32,000 bases of DNA from Candidatus Kuenenia stuttgartensis (GTDB lineage Bacteria; Planctomycetota; Brocadiia; Brocadiales; Brocadiaceae), in contig NZ_LT934425.1 of assembly GCF_900232105.1 (NCBI RefSeq), positions 2,190,001 through 2,222,000 on the forward strand, read 5' to 3'. Below the pieces are notes generated by a model. The model was given only the letters and a program-made list of their open reading frames with translations. It was not told the DNA's origin and made no database searches. Below, one piece after another: positions 25,255 to 32,000 of the stretch (the stretch's first letter is position 1; each line of letters begins with the position of its first letter). The position numbers and the translations under genes are program-made.

Positions 25255-25436
25255 TTTACATAAAAGTCAGTTGAAAATAAGGAAAACAAAGTTCCGGCAT
25301 CTTCTTCTTCTTCAACTTCTATAACAATATCAATGTCCCTGGTCATTCTAGGATTTGTATAAAAATTAGCTGCTATCGAACCGGTAATCATGTAAGGTAT
25401 ACGGGCAGGCGCTAATCTTTTTACAACTATTTTCAA
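25203..25436 (-). pseudogene. N-terminal fragment of a nucleotidyltransferase-fold protein (AbiEii/DUF-type)
   Basis: IPYMITGSIAANFYTNPRMTRDIDIVIEV matches the N-terminal GS-x-A ... R-x-T-x-D-x-D motif of small nucleotidyltransferases. Similarity ends after ~60 aa, and the frame then runs into the OsmC fragment on the other strand. Confidence 0.4.
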
Positions 25437-25599
25437 AAACCCTGATCTCGTTAATCAAGAAAAATCCTTTTAATAATTAAATACTTAATTTGTAAACCAA
25501 CATCTGCAATAATAATTGTGTACAGATTGGGTTGTGTCTTTGATATCTGTTCTTCATCTGATTTAACGGAATCTACATTTGATGCTGATAGTCTAATCT

Positions 25600-25619
25600 T
25601 TTGTAACACTTTGGTATAA
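25600..25619 (+). promoter_or_regulatory. candidate extended -10 promoter upstream of the multicopper oxidase gene, embedded in the recurring 15-mer
   Basis: TGGTATAAT (TGnTATAAT) at 25611-25619 overlaps TTGTAACACTTTGGT (25600-25614). It lies ~160 nt upstream of the ATG at 25780. Pattern match only. Confidence 0.3.
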
Positions 25620-25779
25620 TGCCAAAGATTCTGTTATAATAATATTGTGATAATAAAATATTTGCATTGGGCAAAGTTTTCCTCAAGGATTGTGCTTAGG
25701 TTTATAAATAGAAAGTCTTTCGTTGTTGAAAAACGGAATAATAATCCGTATAAAAAATTTCTTATTCACGAGGTTCTCT

Positions 25780-26955
25780 ATGAAAAAAATACATTTAGTA
25801 TGGTCTTTTTTCTGTGTTATGTATGTTAGCCTTGCCATAGCAGCACATGCTGAAGAAAAAATAATACAGGGGAAAGAAGAAATCGAAAAGAGCATTTGTG
25901 AATTAAATATAAAAGGGCAGATAGAAAAAGAATTTCATCTTTATGTTACAGACGGCTATCAGGAAATGGCAGATGGTGAAATGATATATTTCTGGGGATT
26001 CACGCATGCAAAAGATTTTGCCGATGTGGAAGAAATTAAAACGAAGGCGGAAAGAAATGCAAAATTATTACCACTCAAAGTGCCGGGTGATGAGATACGT
26101 TTAACATCAGGCAGGAATTATGTTGTTGTTTTGCATAATGCCGGATGGTATGAAACAGAAGAACACTCAGGCATTAATCATGTAGCTCACACTATACATT
26201 TTCACGGACTGGATTTAATTCCCGCCCTTGATGGTGTGCCGAATTTACCGTATCCTTCTGTTTTTCCAGGAGAAATATACCGGTACTTATTAACCATTCC
26301 GGAAGATATCGAAGGTACGTATATGGGGCATTGTCATGTGGATTCCACAAACCATATTATGAGTGGAATGTATTTTCCCATCATAATAGAAAAAAAACCG
26401 AATGAAATTTATGGATATACATTTGACAGGGAATATACCCTTTTTATGAGTGAGTTAGATAGCGAATATATGGAGACGCTCAGGGAAGTAGGTGATATCA
26501 GAAGGGGTCTGGATTGGAATTCGAACTATTTTATGCTCAACGGAAGGATTTTTATGGATAACCTGACGCATCCGCTGTCGACCATAAATGACCCCAAAAC
26601 AAGAATCGTTGCATATGATGGGGAAACTGTCTTGGTCAGATTATTGGCCTTAGGGTATGAACATATTTTTGCCTGGCATCCGCACGGTTTTCACGGTTTG
26701 GTAATCGGTACTGACGGCAGGAAATTTCCTTTTGCCTACGAAAAAGATACCTTACTTATTGGCTCTGGTGAAAGATATGATATTCTCTACAAAATCCCTG
26801 ATTTTTCTTCAAAAAGAAAATGTCTGTCGTGTAATTATGGACCAGGGATCAGCATTGCTCACGACCACAATATGAAGGGTATGGTAAGCGGGGGGATTTA
26901 TCCTCATGGGCCAATGACCATTTTTGATATTCGACCAAAAAAGATGACGCCATAA
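25780..26955 (+). CDS. two-domain multicopper oxidase (type-C-like arrangement), secreted
   Basis: The ATG at 25780 has GAGG upstream. Signal peptide: MKKIHLVWSFFCVMYVSLAIAAHA. Domain 1 carries HTIHFHG and HCHVDSTNHIMSGM. Domain 2 carries WHPHG and AHDH. The ORF-track start at 25723 is less likely. Confidence 0.8.
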   Translation: MKKIHLVWSFFCVMYVSLAIAAHAEEKIIQGKEEIEKSICELNIKGQIEKEFHLYVTDGYQEMADGEMIYFWGFTHAKDFADVEEIKTKAERNAKLLPLKVPGDEIRLTSGRNYVVVLHNAGWYETEEHSGINHVAHTIHFHGLDLIPALDGVPNLPYPSVFPGEIYRYLLTIPEDIEGTYMGHCHVDSTNHIMSGMYFPIIIEKKPNEIYGYTFDREYTLFMSELDSEYMETLREVGDIRRGLDWNSNYFMLNGRIFMDNLTHPLSTINDPKTRIVAYDGETVLVRLLALGYEHIFAWHPHGFHGLVIGTDGRKFPFAYEKDTLLIGSGERYDILYKIPDFSSKRKCLSCNYGPGISIAHDHNMKGMVSGGIYPHGPMTIFDIRPKKMTP

Positions 26956-27062
26956 AATAAATAAGAGATTTTTCCCATGCGCTTTCTTATTATGTGTGCT
27001 GCGGTTAAAAAAAAAGAATAATTTCTTAGAACTTAAAAAACAGCTCATACGAAAGGAATTGT

Positions 27063-28238
27063 ATGTCAATATCTATTAAGGTAAAAGAAGGAATCGCCGC
27101 TTCGTCCTGGATTGTGAATATCTTTGAGGATCGTTCTCAGGTTGTTTCTAAAGAGAAAGAAGTGTATGACTTTAGACTGGGAAACCCGAAGATAGAACCT
27201 CCTTTGGAGTTTGTTGAGGAATTGAAGAGGGTTGCAAATAATCCCTTTCCGGAGATGCATGGCTATTCAGCTTTGGCAGGACATGTTCAGGCGCGGGAGG
27301 CAATCGCTAAAACGCTGTCAAAAGAAAGAGGACTTCCTTTCACTGCGCAGCATGTAATTATGACCGCTGGTGGCGCCGGTGCATTAAATATTATTTTGAA
27401 AGCGATTTTGAATCCTGGCGATGAAGTCATTGTTTTGTCACCTCTCTATTTGGAATATCCCTATTACATAGATAACCACGGTGGGGTTTGTTGCGTGGCA
27501 GAAACAAACGCGGATTTTACCTTAAACATTGATGCTATAGCAGCAAAGACAACGCCCCGTACGAAGGCAATTATCATAAACTCGCCGAATAACCCATCCG
27601 GGATGATTTACTTTGATGAAAGTTTGAAATCTACCGCAAGGCTTCTGAACGAGAAAAACCGACAGTTTGGAAATGACATTTTTTTGATTTATGATGCGGC
27701 GTATCAGGACATCGTTTACGATGGCAATAAGCTTCCTGACATTTTTAACATCTATTCAAACACCATTTTTGCGGCCTCGTATTCCAAACCGCTTTCGATT
27801 CCGGGGGAAAGGATAGGGTATGCAGCCGTCCACCCTGCAATGAAAAATTCCAGGGAACTTATGGAGGCCTTGACATTTGCTAATCGCGTTCTTGGGTATC
27901 TGAGCGCCCCTGTCCTTATGCAACATGTCGTTACAAATCTTCAGGGTGTTTGTGTTGACAGGGCGGAATATCAGGGAAGAAGGGATATGTTTTGTAATGC
28001 GCTGCAGGATTTTGGTTATTCATTTACACGACCAATGGGTGCTTATTATATCTTTACAAAAACTCCCGGAGATGACCTTGTATTTACGCAAGAACTGGCT
28101 AAAGAAGGAATACTGGTGCTTCCGGGGAAGAGCTTTGGAAGAAGTGGATATATCAGAATCGCCTTCTGTGTTAAGAAAGAAACCATTAAAAAATCGCTCC
28201 CGGGGTTTAAAAAGGTTAAAGACTTTTACCGTCATTAA
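27063..28238 (+). CDS. pyridoxal-phosphate-dependent aminotransferase (class I, aspartate-aminotransferase-like)
   Basis: Motifs: NPSG, IYDAAY, ASYSKPLSIPGERIGY (PLP-lysine motif SxSK), GRSGYIRIAF. 391 aa. Confidence 0.9.
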   Translation: MSISIKVKEGIAASSWIVNIFEDRSQVVSKEKEVYDFRLGNPKIEPPLEFVEELKRVANNPFPEMHGYSALAGHVQAREAIAKTLSKERGLPFTAQHVIMTAGGAGALNIILKAILNPGDEVIVLSPLYLEYPYYIDNHGGVCCVAETNADFTLNIDAIAAKTTPRTKAIIINSPNNPSGMIYFDESLKSTARLLNEKNRQFGNDIFLIYDAAYQDIVYDGNKLPDIFNIYSNTIFAASYSKPLSIPGERIGYAAVHPAMKNSRELMEALTFANRVLGYLSAPVLMQHVVTNLQGVCVDRAEYQGRRDMFCNALQDFGYSFTRPMGAYYIFTKTPGDDLVFTQELAKEGILVLPGKSFGRSGYIRIAFCVKKETIKKSLPGFKKVKDFYRH

Positions 28239-28289
28239 GACTGAAAAATTAAGGTATATTTTAATTCTAAAAGAAGAAAGGGGAAATCT

Positions 28290-28550
28290 ATGAAAGTATC
28301 TGTCTATGACACACACGTAGTGAAGAAAAACGGGCTGACAATGCATTTTGATATTATCGTCCCTGATGATCAGACACATGAAAAGGTTCTTCAATTTGGC
28401 CTTGAATATCTAAAAAGAGTGGGACAGGAGGGACAACCACTCACAACAAAAGAATGTCGTTTCTGCCACATGGAAGAGGCGTCAGAGGATATTGAAAAGG
28501 CTATTAAAGAAAGCGGTTATTACATTTATGAAATGGAAGGATGTCATTGA
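28290..28550 (+). CDS. small DUF2024-like protein
   Basis: 86 aa. MKVSVYDTHVVKKNGLTMHFDIIVPD resembles the DUF2024 N-terminus as I recall it. AAAGGGGA RBS upstream. Confidence 0.5.
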   Translation: MKVSVYDTHVVKKNGLTMHFDIIVPDDQTHEKVLQFGLEYLKRVGQEGQPLTTKECRFCHMEEASEDIEKAIKESGYYIYEMEGCH

Positions 28551-28585
28551 GAAACACTCCAACCCGATTTTGATGCGAGGCTAAC

Positions 28586-29441
28586 ATGGAATTCAAAAAT
28601 TTGTCGAATAACTATTAAAATACCAGTGATAGGTCTTGGAACATGGACTATTGGCGGAGGAGATGAAGCAGATACCACGTATGATAAAGAGAATATTTCT
28701 GCAATAAAAACTGCAATCAAACTTGGAATAACACACATTGATAACGCTGAAGCATATGCCCAAGGCCATTCAGAAGAACTGGTTGGAAGAGCAATCGTTG
28801 GTTTAGATAGAAAAAGCCTGTTTATCACCTCGAAAGTTTCACCGGAGCATTTAAGCTATGACAATCTTCTTGCTTCTGCAAAAGGAAGCCTGCAAAGATT
28901 AAATACGGATTATATTGATTTATATTTGATTCATGCGCCTAATCCGGATATCCCAATACAGGAAACCATGAAGGCAATGGATTTTTTAGTTGAACAGAAA
29001 CTGGTTAGGTGTATTGGGGTAAGTAATTTTTCGGTTGACCAAATAAAAGAAGCGCAGAAATATACCAAAAACAAAATAGTTGCTAATCAAATTGAATACA
29101 ACCTACTCGTAAGAGACAAAGGCAGAGTTACAGAGAATATGGAATCTGAAATAATTCCCTATTGCCAGGAAAATAATATTTTCATTATCGCATGGAGACC
29201 ACTTGCAAAGGGTAAGCTTGCAAAACCGGGTTTCAAAATCTTAGATGAATTAGCTGATAAGTATCATAAGACGCAGGCCCAAATTGCAATAAATTGGCTA
29301 ATTTCTAAAAAGGGGATTGTTGTCATTTCGAAATCAACAAAAGTTGAACATCTTGAAAAAAACCTGGGTGCAATTGGCTGGAAATTAAGACAAGAAGATA
29401 CTGATAGATTAAATAACGAATTTATTAATTCAAGGACGTAA
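28586..29441 (+). pseudogene. aldo/keto reductase with an apparent 1-nt insertion near the 5' end (otherwise intact)
   Basis: AKR motifs: GLGTW, AEAYAQGHSEELVG, DLYLIHAP, GVSNF, NQIEYN. The ATG at 28586 has GAGG 5 nt upstream and reads MEFKNLSNNY*. The conserved body is in the +1 frame and has no start codon before the GTG at 28626, which lies inside the IPVIGLGTW motif. Deleting one A from the A5 run at 28595-28599 gives MEFKICRITIKIPVIGLGTW. Confidence 0.75.
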
Positions 29442-29506
29442 ATAAATTTACAAGGTTGATTATTTTTAGAAATAAAGGCTTAAATTTGCCATATTTGGAA
29501 TAAAAC

Positions 29507-29608
29507 GTGTTTACGAAAAACCGGACGAGGGTGTGCAGAGACAGAGTATTGATTGACCGTCTATGGCCACGGGGACTCAAGAAAGAAGATGCCGCCAAAT
29601 ATTATTGA
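29507..29608 (+). pseudogene. N-terminal remnant of a DUF488/YeaO-like gene
   Basis: VFTKNRTRVCRDRVLIDRLWPRGLKKEDAAKYY* contains the DUF488 hallmark RiLVDRLWPRG. It is cut by a stop after 33 codons, and the downstream frame is degenerate. Confidence 0.5.
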
Positions 29609-29726
29609 ATGAAAGAGATTGTTTCCTTTGCAGGAAGGCTGTGTGTTGAAAGGGGAAAAGTTACATTTACAGGCAACCAATTATATAATGCACATAAAAT
29701 AAATTTAAAAAAGGGGGATGATAAGG

Positions 29727-30209
29727 ATGACAAAGTTAGATCCAATTGTAGAATTTAGAGAAGACCACCGAAAGGTAAGGGACGGATTACTTGAATTAAT
29801 GGAAGCCTTGCAATCAAAGGATGTTGTTACGGCAAGGAAAATACTTGGCAAAATAAACGTGGCTGTCGGCCCACATTTTCGATATGAGGAAGAAACTCTT
29901 TATCCCGCACTGCGGGTATTATTAGGCGAGCACGTAGACCAGTTAATAAAGGAGCATGATGGCGTAATAGCTACTGCCCGTTCTTGTGCTGAGCTATTAA
30001 AGAAGGATAGCCTGACAGATGAAGAGGCAAAAAAGGCGACCACGGCAGCAAGGGAGCTTTTAGTCCACGTCTCAAACTGTGACGGTTTGTCCATACTTTC
30101 CGAAAGATTGAGTAAAAAGGAAGTTGATAATTTAAGCGAGAAACTTGCTGCCGCAAGAAAGGCAGGCGTACCTTTACTGGATTGGGCAGAAACCATAAGA
30201 GGCAAATGA
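29727..30209 (+). CDS. hemerythrin-like (HHE cation-binding) domain protein
   Basis: FREDHRKV ... GPHFRYEEETLYPAL ... IKEHD fits the H / H-x3-E / H-x4-D spacing of hemerythrin-like domains. The ATG at 29727 lies 9 nt after GGGGG; the ORF-track ATG at 29718 abuts the RBS. Confidence 0.62.
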   Translation: MTKLDPIVEFREDHRKVRDGLLELMEALQSKDVVTARKILGKINVAVGPHFRYEEETLYPALRVLLGEHVDQLIKEHDGVIATARSCAELLKKDSLTDEEAKKATTAARELLVHVSNCDGLSILSERLSKKEVDNLSEKLAAARKAGVPLLDWAETIRGK

Positions 30210-30217
30210 AATAAACC

Positions 30218-30631
30218 ATGGAGACAGATAAGAAAGGTTTGGCGATCATATTTCATAGCGGTTCTTACGACCGCATTTATCACGGTTTTTCCATAGTCCT
30301 TGTAGCCCTGGCATTGGGCAGAGAGGTAAGGTGTTTTTTTACCTATTGGGCATTAGAATATCTGATAAAAGGAAAGTCTGTGTTCCAGCTTAATGAAGAG
30401 GGACAGACTCACAGGAAGCTATTAGAAGCGCATATGAGAAAGGGCCATATTCAGGAAATATCTGAACTTTTAACTCAATCTAAGGCAATGGGTGCAAAGT
30501 TTTATGTGTGTACCAATTCTATGGGCTTGTTAAATATATCGCGGGATGAAATTGTAAATGAGGTTGATAAGAGTATGGGGTTAACCACATTTCTCGCGGA
30601 GACTGGTCAGGATCAAATCCTATTTATTTAA
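30218..30631 (+). CDS. DsrE/DsrF-like (DsrE_2) family protein
   Basis: 137 aa. LAIIFHSGSYDRIYHGFSIVLVALALGREV ... GAKFYVCTNSM fits the DsrE-like fold pattern. It starts 8 nt after the upstream stop codon. Confidence 0.55.
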   Translation: METDKKGLAIIFHSGSYDRIYHGFSIVLVALALGREVRCFFTYWALEYLIKGKSVFQLNEEGQTHRKLLEAHMRKGHIQEISELLTQSKAMGAKFYVCTNSMGLLNISRDEIVNEVDKSMGLTTFLAETGQDQILFI

Positions 30632-30703
30632 TTTATGAAAGAAATAAAGATCATGGGTATCAACCATTGATATTGCACATATTTTTGAAAGGAGGTGTTT
30701 ACT

Positions 30704-31159
30704 ATGAAGGATCGAATTAAAATCAACGATAGTGTCACATCGGCGAGTCAACCATCAGAAGAAGAAATTAAAAAACTACCGCAACAAGGATTTAAATCGG
30801 TTGTCAATCTTCGGGCTTCCGGGGAAGAAGATCAGCCACTTTCTCCAAAAGAGGAGGGGGATCTGGTTAAAAAAACAGGGATGAAATACCTGCATATTCC
30901 GGTATCAACTAAAGAAGAAATCAAGCCGGAGTTGGTTGATCGATTTCGAAAAGAAATAGAGCTTCTCCCGGCACCTGTTTTCGTACACTGCCATACGGGG
31001 AAGCGCGCCGGGGCGTTTACTATGATGTATCAGGCATTAAAAGAGGGAGTCACGGGTGAGGAAGCGATTCAGAAGGCAGAGTCTATGGGTTTTGCATGTG
31101 ATGTGCCGCAGTTAAAAGCGTTCTTCATAGACTATATTAATCAGCACGGGAAAGTGTAG
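30704..31159 (+). CDS. DUF442 (beta-lactamase-hydrolase-like / sulfurtransferase-phosphatase-like) protein
   Basis: SASQPSEEEIKKLPQQGFKSVVNLR ... KYLHIPV ... VFVHCHTGKRAG (HC-x4-R loop). The ATG at 30704 lies 8 nt after AGGAGG; the ORF-track GTG at 30695 lies within the RBS spacer. Confidence 0.7.
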   Translation: MKDRIKINDSVTSASQPSEEEIKKLPQQGFKSVVNLRASGEEDQPLSPKEEGDLVKKTGMKYLHIPVSTKEEIKPELVDRFRKEIELLPAPVFVHCHTGKRAGAFTMMYQALKEGVTGEEAIQKAESMGFACDVPQLKAFFIDYINQHGKV

Positions 31160-31287
31160 TTATAGTGAAACGTTAATAGAAAGTAGTCATTGCGATGGTT
31201 AGCCCAAAGCAATCTTTAAAAACCTCTTTAATTAGTTTTTTTAATGAAAAGTTTTGAAAATCAAAGAATATAAGGAGAAGTTTTAAA

Positions 31288-31447
31288 AATGGAAAGATAC
31301 AAATGTTTGGTTTGTGGATATATCTATGACCCCAGTTCTGGCGATCCTGACCATGGAATTGATCCTGGCACCAGCTTTCAAAATTTACCTGATGATTGGA
31401 CATGCCCTCCATGTGGCGCTCCAAAGGAACAGTTTGAACAAATTTAA
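31288..31447 (+). pseudogene. rubredoxin with a 1-nt insertion (frameshifted as read)
   Basis: AAGGAG RBS upstream. Reading [31 protein letters not shown], then the A5 run at 31379-31383, gives KFT* with the stop at 31390-31392. The +1 frame continues [21 protein letters not shown] to 31447. Both CxxC pairs and the length (52 aa) are restored by removing one A. It is below the 60-aa cutoff of the ORF track. Confidence 0.8.
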
Positions 31448-31704
31448 AAGTTTTGGATAAATGACATATCAATGGAGACAGATGGGGGTAAAAAATTTCT
31501 GGATTGACCTGCTCAACTTCAACGGAGATTCACCTCAAGTCAAAAAACAAAAATGCCGCCGGAGTATCGTGTACGCTAGCACATTACCGCAAACACATGC
31601 CTCCGCGTACTATCTTCCTTTTCTGACAATGCACCCAGTGCACAGAGATCGTCTTTCTGTGCGGGTGCAAGTCTTATCGCTTCAACCCCCAAGGGAGGAA
31701 CATA

Positions 31705-31760
31705 GGGACACTTCCCATGTTTTTTTCACCAGATCAAGCAATAAATATGGGAAGTGTCCC
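31705..31760. repeat. perfect 14-bp inverted repeat with a 28-nt spacer in an ORF-poor region
   Basis: GGGACACTTCCCAT (31705-31718) / ATGGGAAGTGTCCC (31747-31760). A T7 run (31720-31726) lies within the spacer. Confidence 0.6.
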
Positions 31761-32000
31761 CTTAATCCCTTAATTCCCGAAGAAGCTCTTCTTTAGATAT
31801 CTTTGATTTCATAATAGCTACTTTCCGACTTATGACTTATAATCACTGATCAAGGTTTGACCCTCATTCCCCGTTTTTGGGAAATGTTTATTACTATTTT
31901 ATGGAATCAATTTAAACTATTTTCAGTAAATTATTGTATTGGTAACACAGAAACATGCATACACTTATTGAAGATAAATCATTTCGAAACAAATTATATG

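Noticed and set aside
28592-28602. Programmed ribosomal frameshifting at TTCAAAAATTT, shared by the AKR and rubredoxin genes.
   Set aside because: The motif sits in different codon phases in the two genes. Both need the same net correction (one base fewer), and no downstream stimulatory structure is evident. A homopolymer error or slippage mutation is the simpler explanation.
28544-28828. 94-aa minus-strand ORF overlapping the DUF2024 stop and the AKR 5' region.
   Set aside because: It is antisense to strongly supported AKR coding sequence and has no motifs.
31173-31796. ORFs at 31173-31472 (-) and 31461-31796 (+).
   Set aside because: The first lies antisense across the rubredoxin gene, whose own frame is clearly the real one. 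The second has implausible composition and no start context.
31955-32000. ATG at 31955 opening a plus-strand frame (MHTLIEDKSFRNKLY...) that runs off the window.
   Set aside because: Only 15 codons are visible and there is no RBS. This is insufficient to call a gene.

Overview
AT-rich bacterial chromosomal window with no rRNA, tRNA or CRISPR array found. All family assignments come from reading motifs by eye; no database search was run.

Gene content, left to right:
- tatC carrying an unusual extra TM helix plus a FecR-like C-terminal domain.
- A complete IS4/Tn5-like insertion sequence (1593-4270) with 18-bp inverted repeats and a 10-11-bp target duplication. Its ~730-aa transposase has an N-terminal DUF4338 (Druantia DruA-like) domain. 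The IS has split a palindromic intergenic repeat that has a second copy at 12.3 kb.
- A secreted 8-blade beta-propeller repeat protein, convergent with a BTLCP/transglutaminase-like cysteine peptidase.
- hemB.
- The oxidative pentose-phosphate operon gnd-zwf-pgl.
- yajQ.
- A zinc-ribbon/2-TM/zincin (DUF1025-like) protein.
- A TrkH/KtrB plus TrkA/KtrA potassium-uptake pair.
- A DUF2062 protein.
- A beta-CASP MBL ribonuclease-like protein.
- corA.
- An overlapping P-loop kinase / APH-like kinase pair.
- mgtA, bracketed by gene debris: a response-regulator remnant upstream, and OsmC and nucleotidyltransferase fragments downstream.
- A type-C-like two-domain multicopper oxidase.
- An aminotransferase-DUF2024-aldo/keto reductase run.
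- A hemerythrin-like / DsrE-like / DUF442 / rubredoxin cluster.

Most notable observations:
- The DUF4338-transposase fusion and the nested palindromic repeats around it.
- The TatC-FecR fusion.
- The permuted copper-site multicopper oxidase.
- Two genes (AKR and rubredoxin) each broken by one extra A inside the identical 11-mer TTCAAAAATTT.
- A terminator-like leader upstream of mgtA.
- An unusual density of decayed gene fragments between about 21.6 and 31.5 kb.
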